From Entomortierella parvispora E1425 (taxonomy: Eukaryota; Fungi; Mortierellomycota), in NCBI GenBank assembly GCA_020891255.1, contig BQFW01000013.1:1116001-1180000 (forward strand): a stretch of 64,000 bases of DNA. Direction: 5' to 3'. Positions 9,094 through 22,213 of this stretch are shown here, piece after piece. The notes beneath the pieces were generated by a model. That model was not told the DNA's origin, ran no database searches, and saw nothing but the letters and a program-made list of their open reading frames with translations. Within the stretch, counting starts at the first letter, position 1. Each line of letters begins with the position of its first letter. The position numbers and the translations under genes are program-made.

Positions 9094-11040
9094 TCAGAGA
9101 CGGGTCAAGGTCATGACACCTTCAATATGTCTTGTCTGAGGGAACAAGTCGAACCCACGGATAGCCTCGACCTTGTAACCTGGGAGGCCCTTAGCCTCAC
9201 AGCGGTCAAGAAGTCCCTGAAGATCCCTTGCCTGCGTCTGGACGTTACAGCTCACGTAGACAACGCGAGCGGGCAAGAACGCCACCATCTGGTCCAAGAA
9301 TTCTTCGGAGCAACCCTTTCTTGGGGGGTCAATGATCAAAGCAGTCTCGGCTGAAGGGAAATCAATATGGGCAAAAATCTTGTCGGCATCATCCAGATGG
9401 AAGGCAGTTGTCTCGGTCGACAACTTGTTCAGCACAAGATTGTTGGTGGCACAGGAGATCGAGGCAGCTGAAATTTCCACTCCGAGCACCTTTTTGAATC
9501 CCTCGTGGCAAGTAATTCCAAAAAGACCAGAACCGCAGTATGCATCCACAAGGTAGTTGATTTCGTGGTTAATGGCTGTGGATGAGGACATATCGGGGGC
9601 AGCCTCTGTGCCTGATGCTGACTGAGAGGACGCGGTGAGGGGAAGGTGAAGTTGCTGCTGAACGTATCCAATAAGAGAGGGCAAGATGGCGTTGTTGTTC
9701 TGGAAGAAGGATCCTGCTGGATAGTCGAACCGGTACTTTCCAACCCATTCTGTGATGTTAGCCTTGTGGTCAGTGACGCAGATCTTAGTTGTTTGAGGAA
9801 CGGGGTCCGACTCTGTTCCTGGGACAATTGGGTTACTCTCACGAAGGAGCATCGTCGCGCCTTTTTTGTATGAAGCAATGTTTCTAAGACACAGATTGAA
9901 AGGTTAGATAACAGAGCTACCACTTTTGGAAATGCAGACAGCTTCGCCTCCAGGCTGATTCTGTGATACGATCGATCCACTTACTGTTGAACCTCTGCTC
10001 TCATTTTCTTCATGCCTTCGTTGACGATAGGGGTGGCGATAGGGCATTCCTCAATATCCATAACTCGACGCTGTCCTGCTTTCAAGAAACCGATCTGAAC
10101 TGGCTGGGCGGTTCCAGCAGACTGGTGCTTTGGGTTCTGTGCCTCAAAATGGGGTGTAATCTTCGTCCTGTATTGCGATTGAATAGGCGATCCGGAAACA
10201 GGGTCGACAGGAGGAAGAGAAGCAAAGTACTTGCCTAGAAGAAGGAAAGAATACCAGGTTAGCGGCTAGATATCAGGCATTAGCTTGATGAGATCCTCCT
10301 GGTTGTATCTAGTACCAGCATAGTTCTTGAAGGCATTCTCGACAACCTTGCGCTTGAAGATCATCTGGTCCGGGTATGAGATATGCTGCAGCTGACATCC
10401 TGCACAAGTTCCAAAGTATTTGCAAAGGATATCCTTCTTTTCGATCCTGTTTGCAGCTGGCTCGATCACTTCCACAAGATCCGCGTGTGAGTAACCCCTA
10501 TAACGGTGTGGTTGAAGCGAATATCAGTATATAAAGTTGTTCATCCAATTTTAAGTGATGAGATGTACAAGCCTTATACCAATTATGACGGTAGACTCTG
10601 GCCTTGACTTTTTCTCCTGCAAGCACAAAAGGAACAACAACCACCCATCCGTCACCACGTTCGGGTAGCAAAGCCAAGCCCTCGCCTGACTGAGCCATTG
10701 ATCCGATTGTCACCTCAAGTTCTTCAAAGTTCTGGAAGGGAGGAGGGGTTGTTGGCTCCCATGTCCAGTGGTCGTGTCCACGCAAGTCGATGATATCCTT
10801 CATCAGAACATCGTCGATATCCTTCTTTGTCAGTTTCTTCACTTTCTTGTTGCGTTTTGTCATAGCAGCAGGGGCTGCTGGAGCTGCAGCCGCGGTCGCG
10901 GGAGCTGGAGTAGTAGCCGCCTGAGCAGCAACATTGGTGGCTGATGCCATTACAGGGATGCCAGTAGAGGACATCGTTGACTTGAATGAAGAGAATGATT
11001 TGCAAGACCGTGGAAATGTAGTTGTGATGATGCGAAGCAT
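9094..11040 (-). CDS. TRM2: tRNA (uracil-54-C5)-methyltransferase, TrmA/RlmD family, multi-exon
   Basis: TRAM-like segment (VVVPFVLAGEKVKARVY), CKYFGTCAGCQLQH cluster motif, LVDAYCGSGLFG, IIDPPRKG, VYVSCN and FDLFPQTRHIEG. Confidence 0.92.
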
Positions 11041-11206
11041 AAGAATAGGAGAAATGACACCAAAAGGTTGGAAAAAAAAAAAAAAAATCCGCAAGGCCGA
11101 AATAAACATGAAGAAATCCTGGTGACTGCTTCTCCGTCCTCCGAGATTCCTAATTCTTTGGCATTCAGCAGTTTTATTGTAACGACGTGAGGCACAAAAC
11201 GCGCCT

Positions 11207-12980
11207 CTACGAGATGAAGACCTTTTTCATTTGCGAAACGTCAAAGACGGCCCCGGTTCTGGGGCATGTAATCTTGCCGTTATTAAGACTTGCCATCTCG
11301 ACCAAAGCCTATAGGAAAAGAAGTAAGGAGGAATACGTTGAGATTCTCTAATAATGGTTAATAGCACGCAGCACAGATTGGGCTTACATCGTATGAGTAG
11401 ACATATCCATTCGGTAGAGCCATGGGCAGGTTATCTTCATTCATGATCTGGCCACTTATACGGCAGACAATAGATGAGATTGAGTGATGACTGAGAGGAA
11501 GATCAGTAGCGAGTGCTCCAAGTGTTGTTGGGTCACAGACAGGACAGTTAATATTCCTGTGTTCCGGTTGATAGCAGAGAGGTGTCTTCAGTGCTGCTAG
11601 TCCTGCCTGGAGAGTCACGTTGAGAAGTGGCTCTGGCGTGAAGAACTGCAAGGCAAAGTTGTTGGAGCGGAACTGAGCGATGAGGTCTTGCCACCGCGAT
11701 TTGTCGTAGAGTCTCTGTAAGAGCAATGATTTCAGATGAAGTTAAAGTCTGTCGTGCTAAATGGGATTACTGACGCACGTTTAAAATATACACGGTGTGT
11801 GGTACCTTATAAGGATGACATTTTGTATCTGGAGGGAATGCCAAAAGACCCATCACTTGGCTAATCTCCTTCATATGGGTGTCTTGCCACGACGTAAGAT
11901 ACTTCTTGGCATAGGCAATGGCTTCCTGGGATCGTCGTTCAATAGCTAGTTCAATAAACTCCTGCTCCCGCAAACTAAACTCCAAGGTGCTCTTTGAGAA
12001 TCAAGGTAAAGGGCATGGCCAGATTAGACAAGGATCCTTTAGAAGACGAGCCAGTAAAAGGTGTACCGCTGCAAAACGACAGACGAGACTTACCTTTATC
12101 TTTTTCAAGTTTGTCTTGTTTTCGTTACACCACTGCAGACATTCCGTGCAGCTCTGGCGCATCAGTGCCTGTTCAACTTTGGCCGATTGATTGAACAGCT
12201 CAATATCAACATAGTCCTAGGACCAGAATGAAATATTTCATGATTAGAGCTGGTTCTAATCCCAGGTATCAGTGTATTGTTATTAAAGCGATTTTACCTC
12301 CATGTTTTCATTCTTGGCCAAGAGGGAGGCTGTTTCCCTGAATCCTTCCCGAAGCATGTAGTCAATCAAAATTCGATTGAGACGCACTCGGCTCCAACGA
12401 GCAAAGTCATCAGAGTCGAGTGTGTTGATGGTTGTAAATTCTTGCAAGTGCTGCAGTCGCACTTTGGTGCGTTGAGAGTACAGCTTCTCTTCTGCCCGTG
12501 TATCCTTGAGCTGAGGAATTGAGTTGACACAAAAAGGCAATCGTGGATACAGGGCAATAGTACGTTAGAGACGGTGGTTCAGAGAGTAGTATCATCCTGT
12601 GCGAAACTTTCACAAAACGTTTTTGTACCTTCCGCTTGAGTGTTGTGAGACGGCTGACAATGGCCTCGAGTGCAACTTCCACCTGCTTGGGATCCATAGT
12701 GCCTTGGGCAGATTTCTTCGTGATGTCGGATACGCTCGAGGTCAAAGTGCCTATCTCTTTCTCGATGTGTTTCTGTGAGAGCTTGAGAGATGCCTTGAAT
12801 TTCTCAACGGGTATCTATAAAAGCAGACGAGTGCAGCCACCACAAGAAACGTGTAAGTACGAAAAGCAGGCATATAAACCATGTTCTGCGAAAGCGTATG
12901 CTTTCAGCTGCAGTTTGAGGACGGACCTTGACAAAGGGATGCTCCAGTGACAGGAGTTGGTCATGGTTAACTTTGTTCAT
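11207..12980 (-). CDS. MAEA: GID/CTLH E3 ligase subunit MAEA/Fyv10 (Gid9), multi-exon
   Basis: N-terminal LEHPFVKVP, LisH (RLNRILIDYMLREG), CTLH (LEFSLREQEFIEL), LQAGLAALKT, CPVC, PMALPNGYVY and C-terminal ITCPRTG...KKVFIS. Confidence 0.92.
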
Positions 12981-13203
12981 CGTGCTGAAGGGAGAGAGTG
13001 ACTGAGAGTCAATGAACTGGTTGGTAGAGGGTCGTGATTAGACAGATGCACACACAAGCTGAGGAAAGGGGATGCGGTCAAGACAAGGGCAATGGGAATG
13101 ACATGCATGCATCAAAAAAAAAGGGAGGACACACGTGACTGCGAGCCACTTGCTGACGCGTGAGGACACGCGACGAGTGAGAGGCGGGCTTCGGTTTTTT
13201 TAT

Positions 13204-16200
13204 TCAAGACTTCTTGCGGGATTGGCCTGCGTAGTATCGTTCCCCACAGAATCCACAAACACAGTTCGCCCGAAGAGCAGCCTCGACCCATGTCGCAGAC
13301 TTGCTGTTTGAGAGCAAGGTCGTTCCTGCCTTTGGATTAGGTACCATTAATGTCTTGCGCCGACATCCCCGACAGGTGCGAGGGTAAAAGTCTGAGATAA
13401 CCGCCAGCGTCAATGAACAACGCTGCCACATGTGTCCGTTTGCGCAAGTGCCTCTTTCATCGTTTTCCAAACGAACTCTAGCCTGACATGCAGGACACGA
13501 CTCTCTTGCAGATCCAAGTCTGCTCAAGGCCGAGGTGTTTCCTTTCCTGAGCTCGAGAAGAATGTTTGTTCTGTGGTCGTCTTGGTCGTCAAGGGTGTCA
13601 ATTTTTGTCTGCAATATCGAGTATGCGGTTTCAGCAGTTGAAATTAATTCCTTGTCCTCATGGTGGAATAAAAGCACGCTGTCGCAGAGAACAAGAAGCA
13701 TCGTCTGGTCTCGATCTGGCCAAAATAGAAATGGGGTTAGAATTGGGTAGTATGAAATCGGTGTCAGTTCTTTTGGTCCATTTGTTACCTGTAATAAGAA
13801 GACCAAGCTCCGACTCAGTGTCTGAAGTTGGCGCATTCTCCATGTGCCTGACAAACCCCTCCAATATACATTTGATATTGTGCCTCTTTATCCTCATCAC
13901 CGCCGCAGCATATCGTCCGTCAAGGGTTTCTTTCGATCCGGCAGATAGCTCAAGAGTCTGGTCAGTCCATTCACCAAACAAGAGCCATTAGTTATCTTCA
14001 ATTAGTGCACAGCAGCCGACATAAAAAAAAAGGTCTGGAAATACCTGCAACTGAGTCCAAATAAACACGCAAGCTCTTTCTGAATTGATGGACACATCCT
14101 CAAACAGAGCTCGTCGTAGACTAGACAAAGAATGCAGATTGGTTAGCGCCGCTATTCTGTCAACTGGGATCTTTCTTTGAAAACTTGTCTTATACATACC
14201 TTGATTCCAATGATTCACCTGTATCCATGATAGCTTCTCTGCTTGCTATGGACTTGGACACCCTGTTGCTTGGAATGAGAGACTTTAGGAGTGTCTCAAG
14301 AACGTCCACGCTGCCTTCATGTTCCCGTAATGATTCGCCAAGGAAGAGGAGGAGGTCCCAAAGTTGATAACTGGGGTTCATCACCTCCACTAGCAATGGA
14401 AGTCATATCTCATTAGTTAGAAGGTCGATCCCACCGCTATGTCCGTGTTGTATCGTCAGATTGGTCGCTTACCTGAGTTTGGAATGCCAATGTAGTCAGT
14501 GAGATTCTTGAAAAGCAAGTCCTTCACGTCCGAGTCAGCTATATCCCCATTTGCTTTTGTCATTACAACAGTACATGACACGTAGCGATCTCGCTGAAAC
14601 TCCATAAGAAACGGTGATGTGACGCTACAACACGAGAATAGTTGGTCATCTCTTCAAAAAACTCATACTATTCACAAGTGTCCATCACTGTGGATGACTT
14701 ACCAGTAAACAGTAACTAACTGAGTGCTTAGCGCAGAACGATCCCCGCCCCAGATATGAAGCTGTAGTCTTGATTTCGAAGAGCCTCCTCCCGCCCCGTC
14801 CTCACCGCCTTCCTCATCCACGTTCGCGTTTTCAGCCTCACCACCTTCCTCAGGTTCAATATTCGTTTTGGCCTGTGTATGACATTTGGAGATGATGGCA
14901 CGAGAAATATATTCAGTGCAATCGTCATCTGTAACCAATCCTGAGGATTCTAACCGCAATACGTCGTGCTTTCCATCCATAAAGAACACGTATATCCGGT
15001 TCTCCCGCGTGCCCCATGCGATTTCGGCGATGGTTTTGGCCATGGGCCTCCGCCATGAAAGAAATGTGTTGGATTCCGGATTCCAAAAATGTAATCGGTT
15101 CGCCTTATTGAATGCCAATATATTGCTTTTGCTTGAGTTCTAGTTTTCAAATAAAAGTATATGTTTAGTCCACTATGTTTCGTCGATAAAAAGCATCCAT
15201 ATTACCTTACTTACATTCAAGTGCGTTGGTTGCCACCGTAATACGGAGCAGGGGTGCGCAGAACGGGGGGGATTAGACATTAATATGTCTGAAATCTTCA
15301 TACTCTCCAAAGGCTCCAGTGGGTCGCAGGTAATTTTATAAGCGTTGATCAATCCATCTGCAGAAGCAAACGCAAGAGTTGACACGTATTTTTTGCCTTC
15401 CAGTATCCAGGGCGACCATGAAAGTTTGATGATCCAACTGTCAGTCCACGTCTTCCAGGACTTTATGCAACGGATCTGGTCCACATTGGTGACGCTCCAA
15501 ATCATGATATGTCCAGCTTTGTTTCCAAGGGTCAGTAGAGAGCCCTCTTGACCCGCAAGTATTTTCGGAGACCACGCCACAGACACCATCTCGATTTTGT
15601 CCGCCATGTCTAGGTCAATTTCGGGGGTTGCCATCCAATGCGTCATCATGTAGTGGTCCAGTACAACTTGCTATTAAAAGACAGTTATAAATGTCAGATC
15701 ATTGTGTTTATCGCATCTCGTCCCACCGGTCCAATTGAGCCAGAGCTTACTCTTTTCCACTGTTTTTCGAGTCCTAATGACGTAGGAACATAGATAAACA
15801 CCTGATTCCTGTTCGTCAAGCATGCCAGCATGCATCTAATACAGTAAAGACCTGATTAGTAACAGGCGCCTGTATTTACAGATAATCCAGGGCCGTCCAG
15901 TTCCTCACCCGCGAAATAGTGTACAGCCCGTTGGGGACCATGCTCCTGCAGCATATTCTAACGTCAGTGTTGGCAGCGCGTGTCTGATGTCCGTAGCTTT
16001 TAAAGAGTCGGGATTACGAAACAGGTGTTAGATATTGGTAGTGATGGTGGTCTTCGTATTTTCCTGAAAGCATCCAGTCCTTACTCCCTATTGCGATGTT
16101 CCACGGTGGTCGATCCTCCTTAAGGACCAGCGCTGGAGTTGTAGTCTTCAGGAATTTGACTGTCTGATCCGGGTCGAGGCAGCCCTTCAAAGTTGGGGTC

Positions 16201-16393
16201 TATGACAGGAGGATTGTGGTTATGTTAGTACTTTTACGCCACCAGTCGCACTTTCGTGGTGTTGGTAATGAATGCATCGTACAAAGATGTGGAGAATGCT
16301 TGGAGTAAGCAGCGCCAGAAGATTATCCTCGGACCAGATAAGCGATCCTGTGCGGTCCGGCCTAGAGTCGAAGTCAGATTCTACGGATGCCAT
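13204..16393 (-). CDS. TFIIIC subunit (GTF3C4/Tfc8-like): WD-type N-terminus and C-terminal zinc finger, multi-exon
   Basis: N-terminal LIWSEDNLLALLT, WD-like segments (VAWSP, LSWSPW) and C-terminal CPAC...CANGHMWQRCSLT...CRGC...CGFCG. Confidence 0.7.
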
Positions 16394-17013
16394 TGTGGTA
16401 GTCCTGGCAAAATGCGACGATCGCGAAGCGCGTTTTTTGAACAAAGAGACAGGCATCAAAGATGCAGTATGTGCGATCACATATACTTCTGTGACAAGCC
16501 GCTGCGGGTGCGGGCACAAAAGCTGCCCTTCATGCTGCCTGCTTCTGTCGCACCATCGACATCTCTCCCCCTCCGCCATTTAAGCGTTCGCTCTCCCTCG
16601 CGCTGCACTCCCCGCCCCTTTTATTCTTCATCACTGCTCCAGAGCACCCTTTGTAGACAATCACTTCGAATTCGACCTTCACCTGCAGCCACTGAGGTAT
16701 CGTCTCTCTATCTCCCTTGGTGTACCCGTGTTGTGCCTCCACCACTACCGCCTCTGTTCACCCTTGGAACTAACGTTTGTTCGTCTCCAGTTTTGCTCGA
16801 AAGGAAAAAGCGACACCAGTAAACAACCAGAGGCAAAGAATTTCAACCGCTGGTCTATAATTTGGTTTTATCCTCCACTGTATGTACACCACCGCGCGAC
16901 CCATTTTATGATCTGTCGGAAGCGCGAGAATCATAGGCACGGACTATTTGCTGATCGAGAGCCAATGCTTTGTTTCACATAGGCTACCTACCGATCGGTC
17001 ACACCAAAACTAC

Positions 17014-19276
17014 ATGGCCGACGTCGATGCTACCAACGGCTTCCACGCCTCCAGTGACAGTCTTAAGAAGCGCAAATCGCAGAGTTCACCCATCTCGGAC
17101 AACCATGAATCGCCTCCTATTTCTGTAGAGTCAAAACGACCAAAGCTATCCGACATGCCTGAAGGCTCATCACCGCAACAGAACACTGAAGTGACGCAGG
17201 CTGAATTTAATGAGATGCTATCCAAAGTCATTCAAGTGATTCAAGGATTGGACAAGGACAATATCCTCACAATGGCGACGTTGCCTCTCACCAACGGCGA
17301 GCACTCAGCGATCACGATCAAATCGATTCAAACAAAACTGAAAGAAGGAGAGTACTCGAGTACTTCTGCGTTGAAGGTAACTAATTAACATCGACGATAT
17401 GTACCATGGATAACATATCCTGTTGGGCATTTTCATAGCTAACAGAGCAATTGTTTACGTTATAGGATGATTTTACTCGATTGTGCAATTCGGCAACGAT
17501 GGACCACAGATTCACCACTGAGCAGCGTGAGCACGCCAAAAAGCTACTTCGTCTTGCCACGGATCTCATTGGCGACAAGTCCCATTACTCCATTCGGTCC
17601 CATGGAAAGAAGGCTCTTTCGAAGGAGGAGGATCAGACAGCACGGCCAGAGCGGGATTACGAAAATATCGCGTTGTTTCAGAGAGGAACAGAGGGAAACT
17701 TTGTGTTCTCTAGCAAAGCCATCATCAAGGACGACACCTTGGATAAAGACCTTGCCAAGAGTATCATTGTACCAATTGCATCTTCATCCGAGCCACCATT
17801 AATCAAGGATGTCAACACAAAACCCAGGACACAACCTCGTGCAGCGGATCAGTCGAAGAAAAAAAATTCTGGAGGTAACTTTAACACGGCGATACAATTA
17901 CAAAGACAATTATTGAACCTACATGCACGGCAAGACTGGGTTGTTAATTTGTGATCCATTTTGTTCATAGTCGAATACTGCGTGTACTCGCCGTTTACAT
18001 CGTTTGCACCCTTTGTGGACTCGTCAAATGCAGAGTTGAACGCCGAGGATACAGCTACAGCATACAGTGCACTCTTGGACAAGTACTCGCAAAAGGTTGC
18101 ATCTGCAGTTGTAAAGCCCGAAGAAACCGAGACAGTCAAGGCTCAACTGAACAGCGTTTTGGAGATTGCTGACCAATATCGACAACAGGAGAATGCGGCT
18201 GCAATCAGTGAAGCTGACTTGGCCTTCCTTTCTAAGGAAGGGTTGGATGTTGCAAGTCTTGCTCAAGCGACTGCTCGTTCTAGTATCACCAAAACTTCCT
18301 TGTCGCCAGTGGAAGCTATTCAACAGAACGCCATTTTGTTGTTCGAATTGCACAAACTTCAGGAAGAGAGGTTCAGTTCCAAGAGCCAAACTATTACAGC
18401 GCGTGAGCACGATCTTGGTAAGAACATCTCTTCACCAACTGGATGGATGGATGATTCGATTTGCTGTACTGACCGTCATTGTCCATGCTCATGTTTGTCG
18501 TAGCGGCACAACTCCAAAATTCTTTGATTTCATTGACAAGTCAAATTCCGTCCTCGAAACTTGTCAGCCCACAGGCGATTGAAGAGACGATTCGTAAATT
18601 GCCATACAAGGATGCTGCGTTCGTTGGAACATTGCCACCCAACAAGCCCTTTGCCTTCCCCACCAACATCGCACGTGGGTCTCTCCCAGCAACCGCGACG
18701 GGATATCCTCTCCATTCACCCGTGGCTCTTCGGAAGACGGCCGCACCAACAACCATTTTCCCTCAGGTGGCGCTTTCGCCCCATCTCAACATGACTGGAG
18801 GTTACCCGTCAGTCCCTCAATCTCACCAATACCACTACACAGCTCCTCAACAGCCTACCCACCAAAAGACATATTCCCGGCCTCGAACCAATCTTGCTCC
18901 CACCACAGCAGCGCCGCTGCAGGTCAGCGCAAATGGAGATATTACTTTCAGAAAGAATCTTCATACAGTGGTCACTATTGGAGGTACACCATCTCACTGG
19001 CGCCGCAATGACTCCCAAACACCTTGCGCCAATTGTGGCACCCTAGTTTCTCGTAAGTGGTCTGATCCCTATTGATAATGATTGGCATGCTTGACTGAGT
19101 GTTTTGCTCACCGCAGTTGGCAATTTTTAACTTTTTTCATGATAGCTATTTGGCGCCTTGGCGTAAGGAATGAGAAACTTTGTAACGCATGCGGCCAGTA
19201 CAATAAGAAATGGAATGGACAGCATCGACCAATCTCTCTGTTCCCAAACACCGAAGTTCCTACCTTTAGAAAATAG
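17014..19276 (+). CDS. BRD7/BRD9/Rsc58-like bromodomain protein with C-terminal GATA zinc finger, multi-exon
   Basis: Bromodomain-like TIKSIQTKLKEGEYSSTSALK-DDFTRLCNSA. BRD7/9-like YSPFTSFAPFVDSSNAEL and LLFELHKLQEERF. The spliced finger reads CANCGTLVSPIWRLGVRNEKLCNAC (CX2CX17CX2C). Confidence 0.7.
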
Positions 19277-19566
19277 CTTTGAAAAAATAAAGACTGACAG
19301 ACTAAGAATGCACGTGATATCATTAAGGGTCTGTCCCACAAAATTTTTTCCTCAATATAAACTGAGCTGTTCAACATCATGTTGGATCCTTCTCTCTCAA
19401 TTCCATCAGACTTGGTACATATTTGGATTTCATGGACGGGCTGATTCTTCATTCCATCGGGAATCATCCCAGGATCAGTCTGCAAGCAGTGGTCAACTAA
19501 GGACATAGTCGCTAATCAATCTCGGCCCCGATTGCATTTCGCCACCATTTAGAAATATATTCAACA

Positions 19567-20576
19567 ATGGCCCCTATCAACAAGAAGAAGGTTAAGTCCG
19601 GTGAGGGTATCAACTCCCGTTTGGCTCTTGTCATGAAGTCTGGCAAGTACCAGCTCGGATACAAGTCCACCCTCAAGACTCTCCGCAACGGAAAGTGTAA
19701 GTTTATCTTTTACAGGATCATTTCAACAGGAGGGCTGTTGATCATTCATTGAGGGGGCTCACCTCTTCCATTGAATGAACGACGTCTTGCCTTGACGAGG
19801 ACAACTTCTCGGATCGAAAATACGGAGATAAGGATAGAGGCGCTCGAACGGATCTTTTCATCATTGTGTCATGGATGAATTTCACATTTTCAGATTGTTG
19901 ACATTCAACATTTGGAATGATAATTCATTTTTGAGGCATGTTTGTGTTGGTCTGGTTCTTGCTACCTATTCTGTTGCCCTTGTCGATCGTTTTCAGAAGA
20001 TTGTCCCCCTTGGCTTTCCCAGTTGCTTTCTTTCCTTTTGGTGACCGGAGCTCGCAAGGGCTGAGAACGTCCCAAAGACCTTTTTTGCTCACCAAGATAT
20101 TCCCTTTTTTGTTATCACCCCCCTTCTCTCTTTATATGTTGTCTTGTTTCTCTTCATTGGTTCATATACGGCACATTTGTCTCTTTTCTCGCGATCCTTG
20201 TTGGACCTGGTGTGGTGGTTGATGCTGGATATGACTTTTTCTTTGCTTGTTTATTCACGTAAACAGCCAAGTTGGTCATCATCTCCGGTAACTGCCCTCC
20301 TCTTCGCAAGTCCGAGATCGAGTACTACGCCATGTTGTCCAAGACCGGTGTTCACCACTACACCGGCACCAACGTCGAGCTCGGTACCGCCTGCGGAAAG
20401 TACTTCCGGTAAGTTGTCTTTTATAGTTGCGCCTCGATCATTTGAGGTTACTTTTCTTTCCTGAGTAAAGTCCTAATGTTCGCATTCCTTCATTTTCAAC
20501 CTTTAGTGTTGGTGTCCTCTCCATCACTGATGCTGGTGACTCTGATATCATCAAGCAGCAGGAGGCCTCCGCTTAA
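19567..20576 (+). CDS. RPL30: 60S ribosomal protein eL30; exons 19567-19696, 20267-20408, 20507-20576
   Basis: [48 protein letters not shown]...[24 protein letters not shown]. Confidence 0.97.
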
Positions 20577-20787
20577 ATATCTTCCATGGTATTTTAGCAT
20601 CTATTATGAATATTTGTTTTGACACATCGCTTCTTTTCGAGGTTGTTGTGAAGATTCAATTGTGAATAAAACAGGGTCAACTTGAATATTATTGTCCATG
20701 GTTCAGTGCCGTGTTAGATGTGGCCTTCAATTGATTATGTACAATGAGTTGCTGTGCTATATTATGATGTTGTTTGCAAGCAAGTAC

Positions 20788-22182
20788 TCAGTAGCGTGCC
20801 CTTTTCTTCTGTCTTTCTTCTCTCAATGATGACTGTGATGTTTCTGGGGGTGTTGGACTATGACTTCTGCTAAGACTTTGACCACGGTGGCCCGGTCTCG
20901 AAGAAGACCTTCCTCCTCCGCTACCGCTCCTGCGACTGTGGGTATCGTGCCGTGATTTGTTACTACTTGTAGAACCGGTCCGAGCATGACTAGAATGAGC
21001 GGTGCTCCCTGAAGTAGAATGGCTCCTTCCTGAACGACCACTGGCGTTTTCACGCCCACGGGAGGAAGATGCCGATGCCAAGAAAGAAGTTGAAGTCGAG
21101 CCACGCAGTGATTTTGAACGTGAGCCAGATGGGGTGGTGTCGTTGGCGCCCGCCGACGTGGACGACGATGCGGGCTCTGGAAAAAGGACTTCCTGTAGGT
21201 GGCTATTTGAAAATGACGCTGAGGATGATGCCGCCGAAGTGGTTCCTCCTTGTTGAAGATCCCCATGGCGCCATTGGCCCCTTCTCTCTTCCAGGTATCG
21301 GCCCATGACCTCGGCTTGCTCCTGTTCCAACGATGGCAGGGGCCGGAGGCCCTTTTTCGTCCGCATCTCATCGACTTCTTCCTTGAGAGTTTTGTAATCG
21401 TGGTCCCGTATCTGTTCAAGTTGCTGTGAAATATCGTCCCGTTCCTTGATCAGTTGCGCCTCTGCTTGTGACGTCTGCTCATTTTATAATACAATAAAAG
21501 AGGAGATTAGGAAGGGTACCCTTTTGAATAAAGAGAAACGAAAAAGAAGGTGATAGGCTTTCTAATTACCAGCTCATAATCCTTTTGAATCTGCTTGACC
21601 ATGGCCACATATCGGTTGAGCTCCGTCTGTAGAGACTTTCGCTCAGATCGAACCTCATCCAAAAGTCCTTCCTTGTCCTCCAGGTTGTGATTCATCTGAA
21701 CGATTTGATCTTTCAAGTGCAACAGATCATCCTGCCGGACCCTTGAAAAAGAAAGATGCAACAACAAATTAAACATGAAAAAAAAAAAGAAAAAAAAGAA
21801 AAAAAAGAAAAAAAGGTCAAAATTAGAACGATATTCGTCAAATCTCAAGAACGAGGTGTACACTAGAGAATAGAAAGTCCTCCACTTCGTCTTACTTTAG
21901 ATTCTTGAGCTCCATAAGTTCAGCCAACTTTTCTTCCGGATCCTTGTGATCCACTACGGCAGGTGGTGTCGCCGGCACATTGGTGTATACATAACCCACA
22001 GGAAGTGGCCGAGGTGTGGTCGTTGTTGAAATAGGTGGGGGTGACGGTGAAGATTTAAGTAGTAATTTCCGCTCGACCGGCGCCTTTGCGACGGATGAAG
22101 CTACAGGACAGTCAATCTTGCCTTCATCTCTGGGTAAAGGAAAATTTGACATACATTAGCCAGATTATACCTTTATCACAAC

Positions 22183-22213
<31 letters not shown>

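Noticed and set aside
13204-16393. Functional link between the TFIIIC subunit gene and the nearby tRNA/transposon hub
   Set aside because: Proximity of about 5 kb with unrelated genes in between; no sequence evidence of a link.
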